From a bacterium (GTDB lineage Bacteria > SAR324 > NAC60-12), in NCBI GenBank assembly GCA_965205865.1, contig CBDBHR010000023.1, forward strand, positions 32,001 to 96,000: a stretch of 64,000 nucleotides of DNA, read 5' to 3'. The position numbers were made by a program, and so were the translations under genes. Position 1 is the stretch's first letter. Every line of letters begins with the position of its first letter. Below the pieces are notes generated by a model, which was not told the origin of the DNA, did not search any database, and saw nothing but the letters and a program-made list of their open reading frames with translations. Shown piece after piece: positions 19,445-29,979 of the stretch.

Positions 19445-21229
19445 ATGAAATCGAAAATCGCTATGTTTAATCTAAACAGCAAATCAACCTTCAGTACAAC
19501 CATGCTGGCCCTCATCCTGGGAGGAGCAGGCTTCTTGGGCAGCCCGGCCTGGGCAGCCGAAATAATTGGTTTTTCGTCGGAGGCGGCAAAGAACGCCGGG
19601 CCGCAATACGGTGGGACGATTACATTCCTGGATGGATATGGAGCGGCTCAGGCGCCTACATCCTGGCACAAAGGACCAGGCAGTTTTTGGAATGCTGGTA
19701 TTTGGCATGAACCGATGTATGAGACCCTTTTGGCTAATGACATTGTGCTTAAGGGGCCACGCGGCACAGGGGAATCTGGATTTTATCACTCTGCAGGTGA
19801 AATTATGGAAGTGATGACAGGTCGATTGGCTGAAAGATGGTCGTTACCCGATCCGAAAACACTTATATACCATCTACGTCGGGGAGTCATGTGGTCGGGT
19901 AAGCCGGGAGTCATGGAATCAAGGGAACTGACAGCGGAGGATATCGTTTATAGCTTTGAATTGGGTTGGACGCGCTATCCGGATTGGTCAACTACTAAAG
20001 ACGTGGAGTCGATAACAGCTAAGGATAGGTACACGGTTATAATAAAGAGTAAACAAATCCCTAAAGAATTTGAAACTTACTTTGGAGCCGGGCATTGGCT
20101 TGGGAACACCATCGTACCTCGTGAGCTGACGGACGAGGCTATGAAAGACTGGAAGACTCATGTGGGGCTGGGGACAGGCCCGTTTCATCTCCAGGACGTC
20201 GTGGAAGGCAGCTATGTATCTTACGTAAGGAATCCCAATTACTGGGACAGTTACGTATTCAATGACAAGAAATACGAGATCCCGTTTATCGACCGCTTGG
20301 TAAAAACTCTAATAAAGGATAAATCCTCCCAGGTCGCTGCGTTACGAACAGGGAAGATTGACGTGTTCGATGCACTCGAAAAAAAGTTCACCGACTCGCT
20401 AAAAAGATCAGCTCCCGAAATAAAGATGATAGAGAGAGTGGCGGAGAGAGCCTGGAGAATGGGCATGAGGCTGGATGTGAAGCCCTTTGACGATCTCAGG
20501 GTGCGCAAAGCAATAAGCATGGCTATAGATCGAGAAGCCTTTATCAATACCATTCAGGGAGGTCGTGGAGAGATGTTAAACGCTGAGATCCATGTAGGAC
20601 ATTCAGAGGATTATTATACTCCTCTGGAGAAGCTACCGCAATCAACTCGGGAAAATTTTGAGTATAACCCTGATCGTGCGAGGCAACTATTAGCCGAGGC
20701 AGGCTACCCGAACGGTTTCGAGACTACCATACAAGCATATTCACGGGAGCCTGAGCGAGATGTGGTGTCTTTTCTGGCAGCTATGTGGAAGGATGTCGGA
20801 ATCGACGTTAAAATTGATCTGCGGGAAGCGGCTACTTTGGATGGATTGCTATCTAAAAATGAGCATGCGCCGCTTACTTTTGCTGCTAACTCAGTTTTTA
20901 TGGCGGGAGCTACTTTGCACAGTTATGCAGTTGATGAGGCTAATACTTATCACGTCGCGGTGGTTGATGACCCTGAAATAAACGAGGTTTATGAAAAGTG
21001 GGCAAACACATTTGACAACGTTGAAGCGGCAAAGATCATAAAGGGTTTGAACGAGTTGTGGCTGTCGAAAGCTTATGTAGCCTATTTACCAAGTCCATAT
21101 GTAACCGTGGCTTACTGGCCATGGGTAGAGAACTACTCCGGCGAAGTCAATGATGCTTCTACTTTTTCTGTAGGCGGGATTTTCGCTCGTACCTGGATCA
21201 ACAGCGATTTAAAGGCAAAAATACAGTAA
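19445..21229 (+). CDS. ABC transporter substrate-binding protein (family 5, peptide/nickel type)
   Basis: LAERWS, ELTAEDIVYS, GTGPF, RNPNYW, PFDDLRVRKA, LLAEAGYPNGF; alternative in-frame start at 19379. Confidence 0.9.
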   Translation: MKSKIAMFNLNSKSTFSTTMLALILGGAGFLGSPAWAAEIIGFSSEAAKNAGPQYGGTITFLDGYGAAQAPTSWHKGPGSFWNAGIWHEPMYETLLANDIVLKGPRGTGESGFYHSAGEIMEVMTGRLAERWSLPDPKTLIYHLRRGVMWSGKPGVMESRELTAEDIVYSFELGWTRYPDWSTTKDVESITAKDRYTVIIKSKQIPKEFETYFGAGHWLGNTIVPRELTDEAMKDWKTHVGLGTGPFHLQDVVEGSYVSYVRNPNYWDSYVFNDKKYEIPFIDRLVKTLIKDKSSQVAALRTGKIDVFDALEKKFTDSLKRSAPEIKMIERVAERAWRMGMRLDVKPFDDLRVRKAISMAIDREAFINTIQGGRGEMLNAEIHVGHSEDYYTPLEKLPQSTRENFEYNPDRARQLLAEAGYPNGFETTIQAYSREPERDVVSFLAAMWKDVGIDVKIDLREAATLDGLLSKNEHAPLTFAANSVFMAGATLHSYAVDEANTYHVAVVDDPEINEVYEKWANTFDNVEAAKIIKGLNELWLSKAYVAYLPSPYVTVAYWPWVENYSGEVNDASTFSVGGIFARTWINSDLKAKIQ

Positions 21230-21236
21230 TGAGCCC

Positions 21237-21267
21237 ATCGGGGAATGGAGCGATCTCATTCCCCGAT
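21237..21267 (+). terminator. Intercistronic stem-loop after the SBP gene
   Basis: atcggggaatg / cattccccgat perfect 11-bp stem, no long U tract. Confidence 0.55.
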
Positions 21268-21299
21268 TATGATAGGGTAGAGAAACAAGGGGATACAAA

Positions 21300-22280
21300 A
21301 TGCAAGCCTACATAATCAGGAGAGTCCTCCTGATTATACCCACTATATTCGTAGTGAGTCTCATCGTGTTCTTTGCCATTCGCTTAATTCCCGGCGATGT
21401 CGTGTCCCAGATGGCATCTGGGCTTGGAAAAATGACAGAAATGACCAAAGAGGAAGTAAGAAAACGCCTGGGACTGGATGCGCCGATCCCTGTCCAATAC
21501 GGACGCTGGTTAGGAGTGATTCGGGACCAACATGGCTCTTTTTCCGGACTTTTTCAAGGCAGCCTTGGATTATCCCTATGGAGCCAGCTCCCGGTGACTG
21601 GGATAGTCCTCAAGCGATTACCATTAACCTTTGAGCTTGCTCTCTTTACTTTGACAATAGCCATCCTGATAGCCCTCCCTATCGGGATCTATTCCGCGAT
21701 ACGGCAGAACACCATGGGCGACTACACCGCGCGCAGCTTTTCTATGTTCGCTATCGCGATGCCCGACTTCTGGCTGGGGACGCTGGTAATCGTCTTCCCC
21801 TCGCTTTGGTGGGGGTGGTCTCCGCCGATAGAGTATACCAGTTTCACTAAGGACCCGCTTAAAAACCTGGGGCAGTTCATCGTGCCCTCTCTTGTTTTGG
21901 GCATGCTGATGTCGGGGTTAGTCATGAGGATGACGCGAACCATGATGCTGGAGATCCTCAGGCAAGATTACATCAGGACAGGTTGGTCAAAGGGACTCAA
22001 GGAGAAGGTGGTCATCCTCCGGCATGCGCTTCCCAACGCCCTCATTCCGGTGATCACCGTCATCGGATTTATGTTACCGTGGGTGATTGGGGGGACCATT
22101 ATCATAGAGAGGATATTCGGCTTGCCCGGCCTGGGTCATTTATTGGTACAGGCCATTAATGATAGAGACTATACCGTAATCTCCGGAATAACGATATTTG
22201 CCGCTATCATTTTAATGCTGGCCAATCTAGTGATTGACTTGACCTACGCCCTTCTGGACCCCAGGATTCGGTATAGATAA
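21300..22280 (+). CDS. ABC permease (DppB/OppB type)
   Basis: YIIRR, LIPGD, QDYIRTGWSKGL, HALPNA, LDPRIRY. Confidence 0.92.
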   Translation: MQAYIIRRVLLIIPTIFVVSLIVFFAIRLIPGDVVSQMASGLGKMTEMTKEEVRKRLGLDAPIPVQYGRWLGVIRDQHGSFSGLFQGSLGLSLWSQLPVTGIVLKRLPLTFELALFTLTIAILIALPIGIYSAIRQNTMGDYTARSFSMFAIAMPDFWLGTLVIVFPSLWWGWSPPIEYTSFTKDPLKNLGQFIVPSLVLGMLMSGLVMRMTRTMMLEILRQDYIRTGWSKGLKEKVVILRHALPNALIPVITVIGFMLPWVIGGTIIIERIFGLPGLGHLLVQAINDRDYTVISGITIFAAIILMLANLVIDLTYALLDPRIRYR

Positions 22281-22291
22281 AAGGAGCGATC

Positions 22292-23222
22292 TTGAATGAT
22301 ACCCTGGAATTCTCACCCGAAATCAGGGAGCCCAAGCGACGTGCCAGGCTGGTGGTGTTCTTGACCAGGCTGGCCAAGGAGCAACCCCTGGGTCTTATTG
22401 GGGGGATTATCGTGCTGCTCTTTCTTTTTACTGGTATTTTTGCCGATTGGCTAGCTCTTTACGGAGTGAACGACATTCACCCGAGAGATTACCTGCATCC
22501 CCCCTCATTTAAGTATTTCCTCGGGGCGGACAACCTGGGGCGGGACATTTATAGCCGTATTGTCTTTGGGGCTCGTATCTCGATGATTGTCGGTTTAGGG
22601 GCGACTGCTCTGGCGATACTGATTGCCTTATTGCGGGGTCCCTTCCGGGTTTTTCGGCGGTAAGTTCGATATGGTGGCGCAGCGGTTTGTGGATGGCTGG
22701 ATTTGCTTTCCCCCGTTCATCATTTTCTTATTTGCGGTCTCTATCGTGGGGCCAGGGATGTGGCAGCTGGTTATCGCGATGGGGTTGGTACAAGGTATCG
22801 GCGTTTCAAGGATCATGAGAAGCGCCGTTATCGCCATTCGAGAGAATATGTATGTAGAAGCGGCGGCGGCGATTGGCAGTCCGACTACGAAAATCATAAC
22901 CCGACATATCCTGCCCAATATTATGCCGACCATCATCATCCTGTTTTCGGCAACTGTGCCGGCTATGATTTTAGGGGAAGCCGCCCTCAGCTTCCTGGGT
23001 TTGGGCATCCCCCCGCCAGATCCTACCTGGGGAGGAATGCTCAGTGGCTCCGGACGCTCTTACATGTTCCTATCTCCTTTGATGTCCATCTGGCCTGGTC
23101 TTGCTCTGATGATTGTCGTCTACGGCCTCAATATTTTCGGCGACGCCCTCAGGGATTTGCTCGACCCCCGGTTGCGGGGTGCTGCAGGGCGCTATGGCGG
23201 GTCTCGCCAAAAGAGAGCTTAA
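22292..23222 (+). pseudogene. ABC permease (DppC/OppC type), frameshifted near 22630
   Basis: N-half (LGADNLGRDIYSR) and C-half (YVEAAAAIG, HILPN, GDALRD) in overlapping different frames. Confidence 0.85.
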
Positions 23223-23284
23223 TGATTTTCAGAGCAAGATTATTGGCTGTCTTAAGTACTTAAATAAAGAAAAATAAGAAAGGA

Positions 23285-24346
23285 ATGATTATGCTTACCA
23301 AAAAACGGTCAGAATGGCGCACTTGGGAGGATTGGAAAAAAATCGCCTCTCAGCAGATCGAAGTACGTGGCCTCACAAAAAATCTGGAAGAGATTGAAGC
23401 ACAGGGATTCACCGTGATCTCCCCTGAGCAAATGGGCGACCCTCGCCTGTTTGAGCAAACCAAAGAAGCGCTCTTACGGGTTGGAGAAGAAATCACCGGG
23501 GTGCGGCCCAATGAGGAGACCGGGGAACATGGTTTCACCGACTGCACGGGTACCACCCCAACCCAAAATTTTTACCACGGGATTCTGGAAAAGGATCCGA
23601 TTTTTGAGGAAATCATCCAGCATCCCCTGACTCTGCCCTTGATCGATTACTACCTGGGTCCCGGTTGCCTGCTTTCCGGGTTCAGCGGGATTGTCAAATG
23701 GCAGGGCCCGGAGGGCTATGGGGACGCAATTTACTTGAATTACGGGGGCTTACATGCCGATACCAACATGTATCCTTTTGAACCGTTGCCCGATCCCCCC
23801 ATGAGGTTCAATACAAACTGGTTGCTGAGTGATTATACCAAAGACAACGGGGCACTGTCGGTCGTCCCGGGATCCCATAAACTCCGCCGCCACCCCAAGC
23901 CGGGGGAGGGGGGGGATCAGGCCATCGCTGTCGAAGCACCCGCGGGTTCGGTCATTTTTTTCCACGGGGCCCTCTGGCACGGAGCCTTCCCTCGGATCAA
24001 TCCAGTTTTACGATTGTGCGTCTTCTCTGCCTACGATGCCTTCTACTGCCGCACGATGGAGCATTACCACAACCGGATTTCGGAAGAAAGTCTGGCTCGC
24101 AATGGGGAGCGGTTCCGTCAACTGCTCAACATTGATGATATCTATGGCCATGAGGATCATCAGGGCCCCATTCCCCGGCGGGAGCGAGCCTCCGGAAAAA
24201 CGTATAGCCAAATCATGAATCAGATCGTCACCCACCATGGGAAAAAGTATCGCGTTGAGAATGACGACCGCATCGTCAATTGGGGGGCAATGCGCTACAT
24301 CCCCATCGATGACGAAGAAAATGAGGAATCTCTCGCTCAATCCTAG
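23285..24346 (+). CDS. Phytanoyl-CoA dioxygenase (PhyH) family Fe(II)/2OG oxygenase
   Basis: LHAD...NGALSVVPGSH...WHG facial triad. Confidence 0.88.
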   Translation: MIMLTKKRSEWRTWEDWKKIASQQIEVRGLTKNLEEIEAQGFTVISPEQMGDPRLFEQTKEALLRVGEEITGVRPNEETGEHGFTDCTGTTPTQNFYHGILEKDPIFEEIIQHPLTLPLIDYYLGPGCLLSGFSGIVKWQGPEGYGDAIYLNYGGLHADTNMYPFEPLPDPPMRFNTNWLLSDYTKDNGALSVVPGSHKLRRHPKPGEGGDQAIAVEAPAGSVIFFHGALWHGAFPRINPVLRLCVFSAYDAFYCRTMEHYHNRISEESLARNGERFRQLLNIDDIYGHEDHQGPIPRRERASGKTYSQIMNQIVTHHGKKYRVENDDRIVNWGAMRYIPIDDEENEESLAQS

Positions 24347-24394
24347 GAATTGATGAGAACTTTAGAGGAGTTTCTGTGATATGGAGGTAGTAAC

Positions 24395-25193
24395 ATGAGT
24401 GACATGTTTGATCTTACCGGAAAGGTGGCCATCGTTACCGGCGGTAACGGCGGTATCGGGCGCGCCATTGCCGTGGGGTTGGCACAGCACGGGGCGGATA
24501 TCGTCGTGGCGGCGCGCAATGAACAGAAGACGGCCGTCGTCGTCAAAGAAATCGAAGCCCTGGGTCGCCGCTGCATCGGGGTGCGCTGCGACGTCCTTGA
24601 GCAGGACGACATCCTCAACACCGTTGATAGGGCGGTCCGCGAACTGGGTGGCCTCAACATCCTGGTCAATAATGCCGGTATCGCTCCCGGCGGTGAACCG
24701 ACCCCAGACCGTGGCCCTGGAGACCTGGCATCGGGTCATCGATACCAACCTGACCTCGGTGCTCCTGTTCTCTCAGGCGGCTCACCCGATGCTGGTGAAA
24801 GCCGGTGGGGGCAAAATCATCAATATTGGGTCGGGCTATTCCCTGATAGCCGCTGCAGGTGGTGCGCCTTATTCGGCGAGCAAGGCCGGTATGTTGAGCC
24901 TGACGCAGGCGATGGCCCTGGACTGGGGAGCCGATAACATTCAGGTCAACCTGTTGGCGCCCAGTTTGACCCATACGGACATGCCCGCCCGTTTCCTTGA
25001 AAACAAAGAGCGCACCGCCTACATCATCGACGAGACCCCGGCCGGTCGGATAGGCGAGCCGGAGGACCTGGCGGGGGCGGCTGTGTTTCTTGCCTCCCCG
25101 GCCTCTGACTTCGTTTCGGGAACGTTCATCAACGTTGACGGGGGTCTGAAGGCCGGCGACAAGGCGCTGCATCACATGAGCCAGGAGCTCTGA
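24395..25193 (+). pseudogene. SDR oxidoreductase (KduD/glucose dehydrogenase-like), frameshifted near 24700
   Basis: TGGNGGIG and NNAG in one frame; YSASK and VDGG in another. Confidence 0.85.
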
Positions 25194-25763
25194 GTGGTCA
25201 AAACCAGACCAACCGGCTGAGGAATGACTTCAGAGGGTGAGGTAACGCAGAAATAACCGGGCCGATTCCAGTTTAAATGGAGGGTTTCAGGCGAGGTCTC
25301 GCCTAAAGAGAGCTTTATGATTTTTGGAGAGAAGAGCTTTAATTATTTTAATTTGCAGGTAGTAATTGACTCTGCCTGTACCTGGTGTTCAGGGCCCACC
25401 ACAAAACTCCTACTGCTTTAAAAAAAATCAGCAAGTCTCAGGCACTGTTTTTCAGCTGATTCATGCCCAGATTCACAAAAAATATTTTTTAAATCTTAAT
25501 AATATTAAATATTTAAAAATTAAATGAAAAAAGTTTATATCTTTTACTTGACAAAAATGGAGGGGGCTATTATCCACGATATATATATTACTATATATAA
25601 TATATATTATAAATGCAACTGCTCCAATCCAGGAGTAGTGGAGTCGTTCGGTTGGTTAATGGCCCAGTTCCGGGTGAGTGAATCAGCCTTAACTAGACCG
25701 ATTCAGCATTTTACTTCCTGAGCGGCTGAGTCTGAAGTTATGCACATCGAAATCGAGAGGAAT

Positions 25764-26078
25764 ATGGCTGTACTTTATTACGCTGAAATAAAACTTAAAA
25801 AAGATAAGAAGGATGAATTTCTGGGTTTATTGAAGTCTCCAAAAGGATTTGCTATCGCAAAATCAAAACCTGGGTTTATTTCTCTGGAAAGTGGAGTTTC
25901 CACAGATGATTCTGGTCAAAGTACTGTCTACTTATGGGTGAAATGGGAGAAAAAGGAAGATTATGAAAATTACACGAAAGATCCTAACCGAGATCCTGAA
26001 AGTGAGTACATGCAGAAAACGGCAGGTATGATAGACGGGCCTCCAAAAAAGGTGGTTTGGCTTGAAATTATTGAGTAA
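25764..26078 (+). CDS. Antibiotic biosynthesis monooxygenase (ABM) family protein
   Basis: PGFISLE, KWEKKEDYENY; gagagga SD. Confidence 0.7.
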   Translation: MAVLYYAEIKLKKDKKDEFLGLLKSPKGFAIAKSKPGFISLESGVSTDDSGQSTVYLWVKWEKKEDYENYTKDPNRDPESEYMQKTAGMIDGPPKKVVWLEIIE

Positions 26079-26090
26079 GCGGTAAAGAGT

Positions 26091-26981
26091 ATGAGTATTC
26101 AGATTGGCGCGTTTTTTCCGACCAATGACATGCCGGCCGACCGAGTCGCGATCCGCGATTGGGCCCAGGCGGCAGAGGCGATCGGCTTCGATTTTGTTGT
26201 GGTCTCGGACCACGTCCTCGGGGCTGACTGGTCAGCGCTACCCGACTTTGATGAGTCTTTTGTTAAAGCAAATGGTAGTTACGATGTGGACGACTCGTTC
26301 CATGAAATCTTTGTGACCATGGCTTACATTGCGGCGGTGACCGAGCGGGTCGGCCTCGCCAGCGGGGTGTTGATTCTGCCGCAACGGCAAACCGCCCTGG
26401 TTGCCAAACAAGCGGCCCAGCTCGATGTCGTCTCCGGCGGCCGGTTGCGCCTGGGAATTGGGGTGGGGTGGAACCCCGTCGAATATGAGGCGCTGGGTCA
26501 GGACTGGCGCGTGCGGGGGCGTCGCCAGGCGGAGCAGATCGAACTGATGAACCAGCTCTGGACCAACCGCACGGTCACGTTTGATGGCGAGTTCGATCGG
26601 GTGCACCACGCGGGGATCAAGCCACTACCGATTCAACAGCCGATTCCGATTTGGTTTGGCGGTGAAGTGGAGCCGGTGTTGAGACGCGCTGCGAAATACG
26701 GCCAGGGGTGGATTCCAAGGTTTCGGCCGGACGAGCAGATGGAAGGTCCCCTGGAACGCCTACATACCTATCTACAGGCCGAGGGGCGGGAGCCAAGCAC
26801 ATTTGGTCTCGAGGGCTTGGTGATCAGTGGCATCGGTGGACCGGACAAATGGCAGACGGAGGCCGAGCGCTGGGTGGCTCTTGGGGCCACTCATGTAACG
26901 TTTTACACCTCGGGGCAAGGCATTGGCGCGGTAGAGCAACAAATTGAGGCCATGAACCAATTCTACGATGCCGTACGATGA
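26091..26981 (+). CDS. LLM-class F420-dependent oxidoreductase
   Basis: SDHVLG, VLILPQR, LDVVSGGRLRLGIGVGW, PIPIWFGG. Confidence 0.9.
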   Translation: MSIQIGAFFPTNDMPADRVAIRDWAQAAEAIGFDFVVVSDHVLGADWSALPDFDESFVKANGSYDVDDSFHEIFVTMAYIAAVTERVGLASGVLILPQRQTALVAKQAAQLDVVSGGRLRLGIGVGWNPVEYEALGQDWRVRGRRQAEQIELMNQLWTNRTVTFDGEFDRVHHAGIKPLPIQQPIPIWFGGEVEPVLRRAAKYGQGWIPRFRPDEQMEGPLERLHTYLQAEGREPSTFGLEGLVISGIGGPDKWQTEAERWVALGATHVTFYTSGQGIGAVEQQIEAMNQFYDAVR

Positions 26982-27006
26982 GAACCGAGTTTATCCAGGA
27001 GGAAAA

Positions 27007-27942
27007 ATGAACCTACCCACTTGGACCCGCGACGCCGGGACAATGAAACGAGATATCGACGAGCATGGATATTGTCTCGTCAAGGAAGCACTGACACCGG
27101 AACAGCTTGCCGAAGCTCGCGAGCGCCTCAGCGAGCAGGCCGAGGCCGAGCGCAAGGCCGGCGTCGCCTTCTTCACTAACGGCCGGATCCCTGGTGACCT
27201 GGGAACATTTCCGGAACCCGAGTATGGTAACAGCCAGAAAGTGAACTTTCTCGCAAACAAGGGCCGCATCTTTCGCGAGATGGCTTCGCTGCCGGACATT
27301 CTGGACATTGTGCACCATGTGCTCGGCGAGGAAATCCGTATCCAAAATCTCTTGGCCACCATCATTCGCAGTGGCGGCCAGGCGCAGACGCTGCACCAGG
27401 ACCAATGGTTCGTCCCATCGGCCGGCCGCTATGACGAGCCGATGCGGGCCGGATCGATCACACGCGCGAATCCTGGCCAGCCCGAGACACCGGGAGCGAC
27501 ACTGATGCCGTGCATCGTGTGCAACGTCATGTGGATGCTGGACGACTTCACCAGCCAAAACGGTGCAACCTGGATCGTGCCCGGCAGCCACAAGCTCGGA
27601 CGCCGACCGAACAAGGACGACCTTAAGGACCAGATGCAGGTGACAGGCCCGGCCGGCAACTGCTTCATCTTCGACGGCCGGCTCATTCATGGAGCCGGAG
27701 CCTACCTCTCTCAGGATCCGACTGGCGAGCGGAAGGCCCTCACCTTCGCTTACCAACCGCCCATGTTCAGGCCCTTCGAGAACTATCCGATGGCGTTGCT
27801 TCCTGAGGTGTATGAGGAAGCGTCCCAAGAGCTTCTCGATCTCCTGGGCTTCAAAGTCTGGTTTGGCGTGGGCCATCTGGGCGACCGCAATGCGAAGCGC
27901 ATCTCACTCAACACACCGATCATCGGGGAGCTGAAGCCGTGA
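27007..27942 (+). CDS. PhyH-family dioxygenase
   Basis: LHQD, NGATWIVPGSH, DGRLIHG; aggagg SD. Confidence 0.88.
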   Translation: MNLPTWTRDAGTMKRDIDEHGYCLVKEALTPEQLAEARERLSEQAEAERKAGVAFFTNGRIPGDLGTFPEPEYGNSQKVNFLANKGRIFREMASLPDILDIVHHVLGEEIRIQNLLATIIRSGGQAQTLHQDQWFVPSAGRYDEPMRAGSITRANPGQPETPGATLMPCIVCNVMWMLDDFTSQNGATWIVPGSHKLGRRPNKDDLKDQMQVTGPAGNCFIFDGRLIHGAGAYLSQDPTGERKALTFAYQPPMFRPFENYPMALLPEVYEEASQELLDLLGFKVWFGVGHLGDRNAKRISLNTPIIGELKP

Positions 27943-27973
27943 GCGAGGCTTCGTAATTGGGAGACAGCCAAGG

Positions 27974-28027
27974 AAAGTGGGATTCATAGGCCTCGGCGCC
28001 ATGGGCATGCCTATGGCCATCAATATT
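27974..28027 (+). pseudogene. N-terminal stub of a 6PGD/3-hydroxyisobutyrate dehydrogenase-type gene
   Basis: Reads KVGFIGLGAMGMPMAINI, then similarity ends. Confidence 0.6.
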
Positions 28028-28077
28028 ACAATCTGCCCTCTTTTTTTAGGGGGTGCGTGAATGAAGAAAGGGACACT

Positions 28078-28845
28078 ATGAAACGTTTCGAGGACAAAGT
28101 GGCTATTATCACGGGGGGAGCTCAAGGGATTGGGGAAGCAACCACCCGGAGACTCGCCAACGAGGGCGCCATGACGGCCATTCTGGACATCCAGCTTGAG
28201 AAAGCACAGGCGGTGGCTGAGGAGATCCTCTCCCAGGGAGGAAAAAAGTCGATCGCGGTGAAGATGGATGTGACCGACAGCCAGGAGGTGAAGCGCGCAG
28301 TCCGGGAAGTGGAGGAGACCTTTGGAAGGGTGGACGTCCTGATAAACAATGTCGGTAGGGAGGAGCAAGGGCTTTTTATTGAGAGTACCGAGGAGAGCTG
28401 GGACTGGAAAATAGCGCTGAATCTCAGGGGACCCATGACGGTGACCAAAGCCGTCCTGGAGGGGATGGTCCCCAGAAAGTATGGCAGAATTGTCAATATT
28501 AGTTCTGATGCAGGTCGGGCCGGGCAATTCGGTGAAGCGGCTTATGGAGCCGCCAAGGCTGGGATCATCGCCTTGACCAAGGTTTGGGCACGAGAGCTCA
28601 TGGAACATAATATCACGGTGAACAGTGTTGCCCCTTTAGCCACGACTCCTGGAAGTGCCCTTAATGGGAAGCGATGGGGGGAGTCAAATGCTTTTAAAAA
28701 GAGTCCTCCCTCTCCTCCTAAATTGTACGACAAGACGGGGACACCTGAAGAAATGGCTGCGGCTGTGGCATTCTTTGCCTCGGACGAAGCAAGCTATATT
28801 ACTGGACAGACCCTCAGTGTGAATGGGGGGAGGTTTATGTTTTGA
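28078..28845 (+). CDS. SDR family oxidoreductase (FabG/BadH-like)
   Basis: TGGAQGIG, NISSDAG, YGAAKAG, ITGQTLSVNGG. Confidence 0.9.
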   Translation: MKRFEDKVAIITGGAQGIGEATTRRLANEGAMTAILDIQLEKAQAVAEEILSQGGKKSIAVKMDVTDSQEVKRAVREVEETFGRVDVLINNVGREEQGLFIESTEESWDWKIALNLRGPMTVTKAVLEGMVPRKYGRIVNISSDAGRAGQFGEAAYGAAKAGIIALTKVWARELMEHNITVNSVAPLATTPGSALNGKRWGESNAFKKSPPSPPKLYDKTGTPEEMAAAVAFFASDEASYITGQTLSVNGGRFMF

Positions 28846-28879
28846 GAAGGAGAGCTTTATGATTTAGAGCGTTTGTTCC

Positions 28880-29581
28880 GTGCCGATGAAGCTCCTGTGG
28901 GGCTCTTCCATCGACAATCCGGTCAGCTATTCCGGGGAGCACTATCGCCTCGAGGACGCCCATCTCTCTTTGCTGCCGGTCCAGAAGCCCCATCCGCCCA
29001 TCTATATCGGCGCATTCACGTCGACGAATCTGTTCAACATCATTGGCGAGATGTGCCAGGGCTGGCTGTCGGGCAATCCGAATACGGAGGCCTCCTTCAA
29101 GAGAAAGGTCTCCGTGATGAGCAATGCGGCGGAGCGGTCGGGCCGGAGCATCGACGAGATCGATGTTATAGCGCAAATTCCCTTCGCCGTTAGTGAGACA
29201 CGTTCCGTGCGGGAGAAGGCAAAGCAACTCTTGAAGAAGACGTTGGTCTTCCACACAAGGCTCCTGAAGGATCTGGGTGTGGAAGTCGCGGACGGATCTT
29301 CACGGAAGGATCTGGAGTATCAGTACATTACGCCCACCGCGGACTATGCGAATGAATTAAACAGGGCCGTCGAACAGCTTCAAGTCCCGGACGAGGCGCT
29401 CGATCGAGGGATCGATGAGATGATGGCGGTGGGATCCCTCCAGCAATGTCTCGATACTTTCGAGAAGTTCGTGAACTTGGGTGCGACGAACATTCTTGCA
29501 GTTCCCCTCATCGCCGATGAGGAGAGTGACGAAATCCTGTCCAAAAAAATCATCCCTTATTTCAAATCGAGAGGCTCATGA
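28880..29581 (+). pseudogene. LLM-class oxidoreductase lacking its N-terminus
   Basis: YSGEHY, PVQKPHPPIYIGA; N-terminal third absent. Confidence 0.75.
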
Positions 29582-29606
29582 AAGTCATCAATAAAAGAGG
29601 GAAATC

Positions 29607-29918
29607 ATGAGACTGAAAGACAAGGCCGCTTTTATCAGCGGGGGAGCCAGGGGCTTGGGCGCAGCGATGGCCACGCTGTTTGCCAGGGAAGGGATCCGCG
29701 TCAACTGCATAATGCCGGCCAACATCGAAACAATGATGATCGCCCACTTTTTGGAGGAGGAGGAATCTCGACAGGACCTGTTCAACAGTATTCCCCTGGG
29801 CCACGCGGGCCAGCCGGAAGACGTGGCCTACGGCGCCCTTTACCTGGCTTCGAACGAGTCCTCTTTTGTCACCGGCAGCGATTTGGTCATTGACGGTGGA
29901 GCAACCGCAGGGAGGTGA
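29607..29918 (+). pseudogene. SDR oxidoreductase with an in-frame internal deletion
   Basis: ISGGARGLG..AREG joined directly to IRVNCI..; catalytic YxxxK region missing. Confidence 0.85.
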
Positions 29919-29923
29919 TAAAT

Positions 29924-29948
29924 GGTTCCCATGCTTCGCGTGGGAACC
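29924..29948. repeat. Palindromic hairpin (REP-like)
   Basis: ggttcccatgcttcgcgtgggaacc. Confidence 0.5.
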
Positions 29949-29979
29949 CGAGAACAAACTGAATTCCCAGGAGCTATCT

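Noticed and set aside
25480-25620. Very AT-rich tract as a replication origin
   Set aside because: No DnaA-box cluster or iterons; more consistent with a promoter region (ttgaca present).
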